Assembly: GCF_004799395.1 (NCBI RefSeq)
Contig: NZ_SSMZ01000080.1
Location: forward strand, 5,705 to 69,704
Length of the DNA stretch: 64,000 nt
Reading direction: 5' to 3'
Source of the DNA: Phenylobacterium sp.
Lineage (GTDB): Bacteria > Pseudomonadota > Alphaproteobacteria > Caulobacterales > Caulobacteraceae
The translations under genes were made by a program, and so were the position numbers. The notes beneath the pieces were generated by a model. The model did not search any database and was not told where the DNA came from. It saw nothing but the letters and a program-made list of their open reading frames with translations. This document shows positions 19,721-28,283 of this stretch, piece by piece (the first letter of the stretch is position 1; each line of letters begins with the position of its first letter).

Positions 19721-19768
19721 GCAAGCTAGGCTGCCGGCTCGCTGGCGCTTCCGGAGCTTCGCTTCCCC

Positions 19769-20974
19769 ATGCCGAAGGATAAGCTGACCGCCGGCGAGGC
19801 TCGCCGCATGGCGCTCGCCGCCCAGGGATTCGCGGCGCCGCGGCCGGACGGGCCGGTCACCAAGCGCCAGCTGGTCAAGCTGATCGAACGTCTTGGCGTG
19901 GTGCAGATCGACAGCGTCAATGTGGTCAGCCGCACCCACTACCTGCCGGCTTTCGCGCGCCTCGGCGCCTATCCGCGCGAGATGCTGGAGGAGGTCGCCT
20001 GGGCGAAGAAGCGACCGCTGTTCGAATATTGGGCGCACGAGGCCTCGCTGCTGCCGGTTGAGAACCAGCCCCTTTTCCGCTGGCGCATGCAGGACGCTCA
20101 CGATGGCGTCGGCACGTGGAAGGGCGTCGCGCGCTTCCTGCGCGAGCGGCGTGACTTCGTGGACAAGGTGCTGGACGAGATTGGCGCGCGCGGGCCGCGG
20201 TCGGCGTCCGACCTGGAGATGGGCCAGAAGGGTGAGGGCGGCTGGTGGGGCTGGAGCGACGCCAAGCGCGCCGTCGAGTGCCTGTTCTGGACCGGCGAGC
20301 TGACCACCGCCACGCGCCGCGGGACCTTCGAGCGGGTCTACGGCCTACCGGAGAAGGTGCTCCCGAAGGCCATCGTCCAGGCGCCGACGCCGACGCGCGA
20401 GGAGGCGCAGCGCGAACTGCTGCGGATCGCCATCCGCGCCCTGGGCGTCGGCACGGCCTTCGACCTGCGCGACTATTTCCGCATGCCGGTGGCCGACGCC
20501 AAGGCCCGCACCGCCGAACTGGTCGAGGAAGGCTCGCTGATCCCGGTGACGGTGAAGGGCTGGCGCGACGCGGCCTTCATTGACCCTGCAGCCAAACGTC
20601 CGCGCCGGGTGGACGTCCAGGCCCTGCTCTCGCCCTTCGACAACCTGATCTGGTACCGCGAGCGCGCCGAGCGGATGTTCGGCGTCCGCTACCGGATCGA
20701 AATCTACACGCCCGCCCACAAGCGCACCCACGGCTACTACGTCCTGCCGTTCCTGGAGGGCGACGCCCTGACCGCCAAGGTCGACCTGAAGTCCGACCGC
20801 AAGACCGGCGTCCTGATCGTTCAGGCCAGCCACGCCGAGCCCTGGGCCAGTGACGCGACGCCCGTGCGCCTGGCCCAGGAACTGAAGCTGATGGCCGGCT
20901 GGCTGGGGCTTGAGAGCGTGCGCGTGGAGCGGAAGGGGGATTTGGCCGGGGCGCTGGCGGACGCCGTCAGCTAG
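19769..20974 (+). CDS. YcaQ-family winged-helix DNA glycosylase (interstrand-crosslink repair family, DUF1006)
   Basis: 401 aa with ARRMALAAQGF...VQIDSVNVVSRTHYLPAFARLG...YWAHEAS, plus C-terminal HGYYVLPFL. Confidence 0.8.
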   Translation: MPKDKLTAGEARRMALAAQGFAAPRPDGPVTKRQLVKLIERLGVVQIDSVNVVSRTHYLPAFARLGAYPREMLEEVAWAKKRPLFEYWAHEASLLPVENQPLFRWRMQDAHDGVGTWKGVARFLRERRDFVDKVLDEIGARGPRSASDLEMGQKGEGGWWGWSDAKRAVECLFWTGELTTATRRGTFERVYGLPEKVLPKAIVQAPTPTREEAQRELLRIAIRALGVGTAFDLRDYFRMPVADAKARTAELVEEGSLIPVTVKGWRDAAFIDPAAKRPRRVDVQALLSPFDNLIWYRERAERMFGVRYRIEIYTPAHKRTHGYYVLPFLEGDALTAKVDLKSDRKTGVLIVQASHAEPWASDATPVRLAQELKLMAGWLGLESVRVERKGDLAGALADAVS

Positions 20975-21474
20975 GGTCCAGGGACGCGCAGCTCGTCGCC
21001 AGCGACGTCGAGAATCCAGGTCTTGCCGTCGGAGGACTTGGCCACCTCGAAATGGATCCGATCGGCGCCCGCAAATTGATTGACGTTGCGGGTCCAACTC
21101 ACGCCGGTGGCGGTCCTCTCCTGACTGAGGAAGGTCCAGACGGGGCCGTCGATGGTCAACTCGCCCGGGGCGCCGTCCACCAATCCGTCTCCAGAGACGA
21201 TCTGGGTGCGCCACTTGCCGCGCACCGCGGTGGGCAAGAAGATGGTCATCGCGCCCGGCACGCCGGCCAACGCTTGCTGACAGGCGAAATTGACGCCGAC
21301 GCGGCCGCAGCTGTTGACCATCCCGACGCTCAGCGGCAGGCCGACCGGCGTGGGCATCACCACCTTCCACGCGCCCTCGTAGAGCTGGAGCGGCGAATAG
21401 TCCGGGGCATCAGCGCTCATGGCGGCGCCGGCGGCGAGCAGAGGCAACAGGGCGGCCAGGACCGGGCGATACAT
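20971..21474 (-). CDS. hypothetical exported protein
   Basis: ATG at 21474, signal MYRPVLAALLPLLAAGAAMSA. No family recognised. Its stop shares a CTAG with the ycaQ-family stop. Confidence 0.55.
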   Translation of the reverse strand: MYRPVLAALLPLLAAGAAMSADAPDYSPLQLYEGAWKVVMPTPVGLPLSVGMVNSCGRVGVNFACQQALAGVPGAMTIFLPTAVRGKWRTQIVSGDGLVDGAPGELTIDGPVWTFLSQERTATGVSWTRNVNQFAGADRIHFEVAKSSDGKTWILDVAGDELRVPGP

Positions 21475-21507
21475 GCCCACATCCTAGGCCGCCCCGCCAA
21501 GGAAGGG

Positions 21508-21588
21508 CTAGGCCCAACCCTCCGTCTCCGCGCGGATAGGCGTATAGGCGCCGCCGTTCTCGCCAGGCCCGGGTGCTTGCCTTCCTCG
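21508..21588 (-). pseudogene. decayed copy of the last ~27 codons + stop of the ABC exporter gene
   Basis: Aligns co-linearly with 23908-23989. Identical runs are gcccaaccctccgtc, taggcgccgcc and tgcttgccttcctcg, with one 1-nt indel. The minus-strand reading still ends AETEGWA-stop, versus AVTEGWA-stop in the intact gene. Confidence 0.6.
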
Positions 21589-21617
21589 CAGCGTACCCTT
21601 TGGGGGAGCGGCGGGTG

Positions 21618-22697
21618 TCAGAACAGCGACCGCACCCGCTTCAGGGGGTCGTAGCCGTCCTTGCAGGTCGCTTTGATCGCCACCCACTCGGTGGGGGTGA
21701 AGGCCGTGGCGCCCGGCTTGGCGCGAGCGCGGCTGACGGCGGCGCGGCGCTGGCTGTCGGGGTGGTCGGAGATCAACTCCTTCACCGCCCCGGCGTTCTT
21801 GCTCTCAGAGGTGTTCACCAGGCGCTGAAAAAAGGGCGCCATGCCCTGCGACGACAGGCCCTGTTCTGTGAGCAGGTCTTGGCCAGCCGCGTCGGCCTCC
21901 GCCTCGGAGGCGCGGCCGTAGCGCAGATTGGTCGAGGACCCGAGCAGCAGCACGGCCTGCTGGCCCGCGCCCGTGCCGCCACCCACCACGGCGTCGAGCA
22001 GTACGCCGAAGCCGAACGAACGCCAGACGGCCTGCATCACGTGTCGTTTCTCCACGTGGGCGGCTTCATGGGCGATCACCGCCGACAGCTCGGCGGGATC
22101 GGCGGCGAGCGCGATCAGTTGATCGGTGACCATGATGGTCCCGCCGGGCAGGGCGAAGGCGTTGACCATCGGGGCATGCACGGCGCGGACGCGGATGTCG
22201 AAGGGCGTGCCCGAAGTCTTGCCCAGCCGCTGCCCAAGGCCGTGGAGCGCCGCCTGGCCGGCGACGCCTTTGCAGGCGGGAAACGCCAGCGATACTTGGC
22301 CGCCAAGGTTGCGCCCGATCTTGCGCTCGAGGTCCGGCGGCGTCGCGCGGGCCAGCGGCCCCGAGGCGGCGGGGATGCCGACGAACACCACGCCCGCGAT
22401 CACCGCCGCCGAGGTGGCCAGCGCGCCGACCAGCCAAAGCTCGCGCCGGCGCACCGCGCGATGGTGGCGGACGGCGTGTTCGGTGAGATCGCGCCAGTCG
22501 GACAGCGCGATGCTGAGCCGCGCTGGATCGTCGCCGGCTCGCGCCACCCGCACCCGGTCGTCGACCATCTCCACGCGCACGGTCTCCAGCGGCCAGCGCT
22601 GCTCGCCATCTGCGTGGAACACCAAGACCTCGTCCTCGACCCACACTTTGACGGGCCGCGACGCGGTGGTGCGGCCGTCGTGGAATCGCGCCTCCAC
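21618..22697 (-). CDS. M48-family zinc metalloprotease with N-terminal soluble add-on domain
   Basis: HEAAHVEKRH (HExxH), a TM helix LWLVGALATSAAVIAGVVFVG, and an N-terminal domain of about 100 aa (VEARFHDGRTTASRPVKVWVEDEVLVFHADGEQRWPL...). GTG at 22697 lies 4 nt after the DUF898 stop. The track ATG at 22781 would overlap DUF898 by 80 nt. Confidence 0.8.
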   Translation of the reverse strand: MEARFHDGRTTASRPVKVWVEDEVLVFHADGEQRWPLETVRVEMVDDRVRVARAGDDPARLSIALSDWRDLTEHAVRHHRAVRRRELWLVGALATSAAVIAGVVFVGIPAASGPLARATPPDLERKIGRNLGGQVSLAFPACKGVAGQAALHGLGQRLGKTSGTPFDIRVRAVHAPMVNAFALPGGTIMVTDQLIALAADPAELSAVIAHEAAHVEKRHVMQAVWRSFGFGVLLDAVVGGGTGAGQQAVLLLGSSTNLRYGRASEAEADAAGQDLLTEQGLSSQGMAPFFQRLVNTSESKNAGAVKELISDHPDSQRRAAVSRARAKPGATAFTPTEWVAIKATCKDGYDPLKRVRSLF

Positions 22698-22701
22698 CGG
22701 A

Positions 22702-23799
22702 TCAGATCGTGGCGATGCCAAAGGCGTCGGCGATGCCCTCGCCGAAACGCGGCGGGAGCCCCTGAGCCTGGCCGATCGCATTGAGGTCGGCGCCGCCGCT
22801 GGTTTCCAGCCGACCGATCAGGAACTTCCGGGTGCGCGCCTCGACGAAGGGCATGAGGAGGCCCAGGGTGATGGTCAGGAAGAAGATGTTGCTGAGCGTC
22901 AGCCCGGCCATGTCGAACCACTTCACCCGCAGCTTGAACCGCACATCGCCAAACCCGATGCCCGAGACGACCGAACGCAGGATCGCGGCGTGGAAGGGCG
23001 AAAAGACCACCGAATAGGCGAGCGCCAGCAGGAACGCGGCGGCGTAGATCACCTCCATCTCCGCCAGCGTCGGCGTTGGCGATCCGCCAGCCTTCAACTG
23101 CGGGGCCATGGCGCCGGTGATCACAACAATGAAGACGACGTAGCCGATGATTCCGAAGATCCAGCCGACCGTGTAGGCGCCGTAGATCTTCTCCCTGCGC
23201 GCCTCGTCGATGCGGAATTCGAAGTCACGATCCCCGAAGCTCAGGCCGCCCCAGAGCCGGCCCGACAGCCGCCGCTCGGCCGCCGGCCAGAACCAGCCCA
23301 AGGTGATGGCGCTCAGCAACATGTAGCCCAGCCAGGCGAGACCGAAGCTGCGGGCCGAGCCGCGAATATTGAAGCGCACGCCCCGCCAGGATGAGCGCGT
23401 GGCGAGATAGCGGAAGGCGGTGAAACGTCCGAGGCCGACGATGAAGAACAGGAAGAAATAGAACGGCAGGATCACCACCAGGGTGAAGAGCGGTCCCAGG
23501 AACTGCGCGCCGAACACCAGGCACAGGAACGGCAGGGCGATCACGACCAGGGCCAGCAGGAAGCCCACGAACAGCTCCACGCCGCGGCCGGTGTATTCGA
23601 AGGCCTCGTCGTTCAGATAGGTCGTCGCCCACAGTCGCCGGCGAACCTCGGTCTTGCCCCAGAAACGGTAGAGCGTGAGCGTAATGAGGTTCAGCAGGCC
23701 GTTGCGCAGGCTGAGCCAGGCGAACGACTTGAGCTGGCCGCGCTGCGACAGCACGACGGGACCTTCGCCGCCGGCGGCGGCTGGCATAGCGTCAGACAT
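22702..23799 (-). CDS. DUF898 (YjgN-family) polytopic membrane protein
   Basis: ATG at 23799 (MSDAMPAAAGG...). NLITLTLYRFWGKTEVRRRLW and the repeat YRFW/FRYL pattern, multiple TM helices. Confidence 0.8.
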   Translation of the reverse strand: MSDAMPAAAGGEGPVVLSQRGQLKSFAWLSLRNGLLNLITLTLYRFWGKTEVRRRLWATTYLNDEAFEYTGRGVELFVGFLLALVVIALPFLCLVFGAQFLGPLFTLVVILPFYFFLFFIVGLGRFTAFRYLATRSSWRGVRFNIRGSARSFGLAWLGYMLLSAITLGWFWPAAERRLSGRLWGGLSFGDRDFEFRIDEARREKIYGAYTVGWIFGIIGYVVFIVVITGAMAPQLKAGGSPTPTLAEMEVIYAAAFLLALAYSVVFSPFHAAILRSVVSGIGFGDVRFKLRVKWFDMAGLTLSNIFFLTITLGLLMPFVEARTRKFLIGRLETSGGADLNAIGQAQGLPPRFGEGIADAFGIATI

Positions 23800-23907
23800 G
23801 TGAAATTCCCCCCGAAATTCTGCCGGGAGGATCACACGGCTTTTTTCAAAGCGCTACCACGAGTTGCGGCTCCGGAGACAACCCGCGAGACGGCAGAGGG
23901 CTGAGCC

Positions 23908-25695
23908 CTAAGCCCAACCCTCCGTCACCGCGTGCAGGCGGGCGTAGGCGCCGCCCTTCTGCACCAGTTCGGCATGCTTGCCTTCCTCGACGATGCGGCC
24001 GTCCTCGAAGACCAGGATGCGGTCGGCCCCGCGAATGGTCGACAGGCGGTGGGCGATGACGATGGTGGTGCGGCCGACCATAAGCTCCTCCATAGCCGCC
24101 TGCACCTGCCGCTCGGTCTCCACGTCGAGCGATGAGGTGGCCTCGTCGAGCACCAGGATCGGGGCGTCGGCCAGGAAGGCGCGGGCGATCGCCACCCGCT
24201 GGCGCTCGCCGCCTGACAGCTTCACGCCGCGCTCGCCCACCAGCGTGCGATAGCCCTGCGGCAGGCGCAGGATGAAGTCGTGGGCCCGCGCCCGCATGGC
24301 GGCGAGTTCGACCTCGTCCTGCGTGGCGTCGGGCCGGGCGTAGGCGATGTTCTCCGACAGGCTGCGGTGGAACAGCGCCGGGTCCTGCGGCACCACGGCG
24401 ATGGCGCGGCGAAGCGAGCCCTGGCTGACCTGGGCGATGTCCTGCCCGTCCACCAGGATCTGGCCGCCGTCCACGTCGTAGAGGCGCTGGATCAGCTTCA
24501 CGAAGGTCGACTTGCCCGCCCCCGTCGGCCCGACCAGCGCCACCCGCTCGCCCGGCGCGATGCGCAGGGTGAAGTTGTCGTAGAGGGGCGTCGCGGCGGA
24601 CTTGTAGCGGAACACCACCCGGTCGAAGACGATCTCGCCTAGGTCGGCGCGGAACGGCCGGGCGTCGGCGGCGTCGATCACCTGCGGGTCCATGGTCGCG
24701 TAGCGGGCCACGTCCTCGGCGTCGTCGAGGCCCTTTTGCGTCATGCGGATGTTGTCGCCGATGTTGCGCAGGTAACCGGTCATCAGCATGAAGGCGGTGA
24801 TCACGAAGGCCACGTCGCCGGGGGTCGCTTGGCCCTTCACCCACAGCCGCAGCAGCAGGCCCGTCAGCCCCGCCTGCAACACCACCAGCATCATGTTGTG
24901 CATCAGCCAGATGTCGGTGAAGCGGTTCCAGGTCCGGTTGGCCGCCCGGCGCCACAGGTCGGTGACGCCGGCCACCCGGGCTTCTTCCCGCGCTTCGGCC
25001 CCGAAGCTCTTCACAGTCGGGTTGGACGAAATGGAGTCGGCCAGCGCCCCGCCGATGCGGCTGTCCAGCGCCACCGAGCGCAGGTTCGCCGGTCGCGCAT
25101 AGAGGTTGGTCGTGACGATGTTGGAGACGATGTAGAGCGTGACCATCGCGGTGGAGAACAATCCCACCATCGGCCAGCGCACCGCCATCATCACGCACAG
25201 GCCCACCAGCACGATGATCGCGGGGCCCAGGAACACCAAGGCCGCGTCGGAGACGTTGTCGTAGCCCCACATGGCGCGGCTCAGCCGGCGCACCGTCGCC
25301 CCGGCGAACATGTCGGCGTGCCAGTCGGCGCTGAACGACTGGACCCTCTTGAAGCCCTCGTCGGTCATCTCCTTCATGTTGGAGGAGGCGAGCGGAATCC
25401 AGAACCGCATGGACAGGTTGCGGATCAGCGAGAAGGCGAAATAGACGCCTACGAACGCCGCCCAGGCGCGCCAGGCTCCGGCGGCGTTGGACTGGCCATG
25501 GGTCACTGCATCCACCAGCCTCCCCGACGCCCAGGGGGTCGCCAGGTCGAAGGCGATGGCGGCGATGACGAAGCTGACAGTGCCGGTGAGCAGCCAGGGA
25601 CGACGCAGCCAGAACCGCGCGATGAAGCCCAGCACCTGGCTGTTCTTCAGCACCCTGTCTTTCTGGTCTTCGGTATCCTCGTAGTGATCGGTCAT
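23908..25695 (-). CDS. ABC exporter, fused permease/ATPase (type I exporter, MsbA-like fold)
   Basis: ATG at 25695 (MTDHYEDTEDQKD...). 6 TM helices, then GPTGAGKST, LSGGERQRVAIARA and ILVLDEATSSLD. Confidence 0.9.
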   Translation of the reverse strand: MTDHYEDTEDQKDRVLKNSQVLGFIARFWLRRPWLLTGTVSFVIAAIAFDLATPWASGRLVDAVTHGQSNAAGAWRAWAAFVGVYFAFSLIRNLSMRFWIPLASSNMKEMTDEGFKRVQSFSADWHADMFAGATVRRLSRAMWGYDNVSDAALVFLGPAIIVLVGLCVMMAVRWPMVGLFSTAMVTLYIVSNIVTTNLYARPANLRSVALDSRIGGALADSISSNPTVKSFGAEAREEARVAGVTDLWRRAANRTWNRFTDIWLMHNMMLVVLQAGLTGLLLRLWVKGQATPGDVAFVITAFMLMTGYLRNIGDNIRMTQKGLDDAEDVARYATMDPQVIDAADARPFRADLGEIVFDRVVFRYKSAATPLYDNFTLRIAPGERVALVGPTGAGKSTFVKLIQRLYDVDGGQILVDGQDIAQVSQGSLRRAIAVVPQDPALFHRSLSENIAYARPDATQDEVELAAMRARAHDFILRLPQGYRTLVGERGVKLSGGERQRVAIARAFLADAPILVLDEATSSLDVETERQVQAAMEELMVGRTTIVIAHRLSTIRGADRILVFEDGRIVEEGKHAELVQKGGAYARLHAVTEGWA

Positions 25696-26015
25696 TGGAG
25701 CAGCTCGAAATTCCGGCGGCGGCGAGCCGCGAATGTCCTTGTCGGGACGGCGGCGCGGGCGCGGATGAATGGATCCTGGCGGAGCGGGGGTTGGCAAACC
25801 CCGGCGGGCCACGGGCGCGCGGAAGCGCTTCGAAAATCGGGCCGATGGAGCCCTCAGACGAAGCAGTCCGGTTGAGTTATAAGCGCGGCGGCGGCCCGGC
25901 GCACGGTCGCGGAGTGGCGGTGGTGAATAGCTTCATCTTGCCCCTCCTGTTCGCGTGGCTGAGATCTCGGAATCTAAGCGCGGCCCAGTGGAGCGTCAAG
26001 GCGAGCGCAGCGCTT

Positions 26016-26130
26016 CCCTCGCCTTTATGGGGAGGGTGGCCCGCGGAACACAGTTCGGTAGCCGGGTGAGGATGTGTGGGCCAGGCTCGACCGGCTAGCG
26101 CAGGCCAGCCCCTCCCCATAAAGGGGAGGG
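26016..26130. repeat. pair of inverted 21-nt GC hairpin elements (REP-like)
   Basis: 26016-26036 ccctcgcctttatggggaggg and 26110-26130 ccctccccataaaggggaggg are reverse complements at 20/21 positions. Each one folds as CCCTCCCC-loop-GGGGAGGG. Confidence 0.6.
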
Positions 26131-26132
26131 AG

Positions 26133-27152
26133 ATGACGACTTCCGCACCGCTTCCTGACGCCATGCCGACCAACTGGGTCGATCGGTTCGCGCCGAGCGC
26201 GATCCGGCCCTGGCTGAAGATCGGGCGGTTCGACCGGCCTGTGGGGATCTGGCTGCTGATGCTGCCCGGCTGGCAGGGGATCGCGCTGGCCGACGCCATG
26301 GAGCACAGGGAGCCGAACCTTGGGCTGATGGGCCTGGTGGCGCTGGGCGCGGCGCTGATGCGCGCGGCGGGCTGCGCCTACAACGACATCGTCGACCGCG
26401 ATATCGACGCCAAGGTGGCGCGCACCGCAATGCGGCCGATCCCGGCGGGCCAGATCAGCGTCAAGCAGGCCTGGATCTTCGTGATCGCCTGCTGCCTGGT
26501 CTCTCTGACCATATTGCTCAGTCTGCCGCCGACGGCGGTGGTTCTGGGCGCGGCGTCGCTCGTCCTGGTGGCGGCCTACCCGTTCATGAAGCGGATCACC
26601 TGGTGGCCGCAGGCGTGGCTGGGCCTGACCTTCAACTGGGGCGCCTTGCTGGGCTTCGCGGCGGCCACCGGCGCGGGGCCGCAGTTCTGGCGCGGCATGG
26701 CCCCCTATGTGATCGAGACCGGCAACTGGCGGATCCTGAACCTGGCCCTGACCGACAGCACGCTGAAATGGCCAGCCGTGCTGCTTTACGCCTCGGGCGT
26801 GTTCTGGACCCTGGGCTACGACACGATTTACGCGATCCAGGACCTTGAGGACGACGCCCTGGCCGGGGTCAAATCGTCCGCGCGCCGGTTGGGGACGCGC
26901 GCGCCGCTGGCCATCCTCGGCTTCTACCTCGCCGCCTCGGCGATCCTGATCGGCATGGGCGCCGCGGCCGGCCTGGGCCCTCTCTTCTACTTCGGCCTGA
27001 TGGCCTACGGGGTGCAGCTCTGCTCTCAGGCGCGCAAGGTGCGCCTCGACGACGGGCCGCTGGCGCTCAGGCTCTTCAAGTCCAACGCCTGGGCCGGCCT
27101 GATCCTGGTCCTGGCCATCGTGGCCGGGACCCGGTTCATCATCCCGTCGTAG
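26133..27152 (+). CDS. ubiA: 4-hydroxybenzoate polyprenyltransferase
   Basis: ATG at 26133 (MTTSAPLPDAMPTNWVDRF...). NDIVDRDIDAKVARTAMRPIPAG and YDTIYAIQDLEDD. Confidence 0.9.
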   Translation: MTTSAPLPDAMPTNWVDRFAPSAIRPWLKIGRFDRPVGIWLLMLPGWQGIALADAMEHREPNLGLMGLVALGAALMRAAGCAYNDIVDRDIDAKVARTAMRPIPAGQISVKQAWIFVIACCLVSLTILLSLPPTAVVLGAASLVLVAAYPFMKRITWWPQAWLGLTFNWGALLGFAAATGAGPQFWRGMAPYVIETGNWRILNLALTDSTLKWPAVLLYASGVFWTLGYDTIYAIQDLEDDALAGVKSSARRLGTRAPLAILGFYLAASAILIGMGAAAGLGPLFYFGLMAYGVQLCSQARKVRLDDGPLALRLFKSNAWAGLILVLAIVAGTRFIIPS

Positions 27153-27205
27153 GGCGACGCCGCGTCAGTCTGTTGCGCGGCCGCTTGCGGCGCTACAATC
27201 CCAAA

Positions 27206-28177
27206 ATGGCCGTTGCGACCCGCGTCGATCCGAAGAGCTATTTCGCGCCTCACGAATGGGCGCCCCTGGCGCGCCGTTCGCGCTGGACGGGCCTGGCGCT
27301 GCTGGCCCACGCCTGGATCGTCATCGGCCTGGCGATGGCCGCCGCGGTCGCTGCGCCCGGGTGGTGGAAGCTTATCGCCATCCCGCTGGCCATCGTGGTC
27401 ATCGGTGGCCGCCAACTGGGGGTGGCGATCCTGATGCACGACGCGGCGCACGCCGCCCTGCACCCGAACCTCAAGGTCAATGACTGGGTCGGCAATCACC
27501 TGACCACCGGCGGGCTGATCGACTACCGGAACTACCACCTGGCGCATCACAAATACGCCCAGCAGGCGGAGGATCCGGACCTGGTGCTTTCGGCGCCCTT
27601 CCCGATCACGCCCACGTCCCTGCGCCGCAAGATCCTGCGCGACCTGACCGGCCAGACCTATTGGAAGCAGCGCTGGTCGAGCCTGGCGAAACGTATCGCG
27701 AACCGCAAGCCCGGCGAGCCGCTGTGGCCGATGCTCAAGGACGCGGCCTACGCGCGCCGCCGCTTCCTGACCGGCATGGCGGTGACCGTCGCGGTCACGG
27801 CCCCCTTTGGCTATTGGTGGGTTTGGCCGGTGCTGTGGCTGGTCCCGCAGGCCACCTGGCTGCCGATGATCACCCGGCTGCGCAACATCGCCGAGCACGC
27901 CTGCGTGGCCAAGGATGAGCCGGACCCGCTCCGCCACGCGCGCACCACGCGCGCCAACTGGCTCGAGCGGGCGGTGATCGCGCCCTATTTCGTGAACTAC
28001 CACTGCGAGCACCACATGTTCATGCATGTGCCCTGCTACAACCTGCCCCGCGCCCACCGCCTGCTGAAGGCCAAGGGCGTGATGGACGGCATGCTGACCG
28101 CGCCGGGCTATGTGAGCGTGCTCAGGACCGCCAGCGCCAAGGCGGCCGCTCCGCACCCTGCCATCGCGGCGGCCTGA
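27206..28177 (+). CDS. membrane fatty-acid desaturase family protein
   Basis: His boxes HDAAHAALH, HLAHHKY and HCEHHMFMHVPCYNL. ATG at 27206. Confidence 0.85.
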   Translation: MAVATRVDPKSYFAPHEWAPLARRSRWTGLALLAHAWIVIGLAMAAAVAAPGWWKLIAIPLAIVVIGGRQLGVAILMHDAAHAALHPNLKVNDWVGNHLTTGGLIDYRNYHLAHHKYAQQAEDPDLVLSAPFPITPTSLRRKILRDLTGQTYWKQRWSSLAKRIANRKPGEPLWPMLKDAAYARRRFLTGMAVTVAVTAPFGYWWVWPVLWLVPQATWLPMITRLRNIAEHACVAKDEPDPLRHARTTRANWLERAVIAPYFVNYHCEHHMFMHVPCYNLPRAHRLLKAKGVMDGMLTAPGYVSVLRTASAKAAAPHPAIAAA

Positions 28178-28283
28178 CTTCCCTTTCCGCGTCCCGGACG
28201 ACCGGCGAAATGGCGCCTTGACCGCATAGACTACGCATGTAAATCACTCTCGGAATTACAGTCGTAGTTCGGAGACGCCCGTC

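Noticed and set aside
25695-26299. 124-aa (plus) and 140-aa (minus) ORFs filling the ABC-exporter/ubiA intergenic region
   Set aside because: No motifs, and they run through the REP-like hairpins. Only the last 19 codons of the minus ORF, which have their own strong SD, were kept as a mini-ORF hypothesis.
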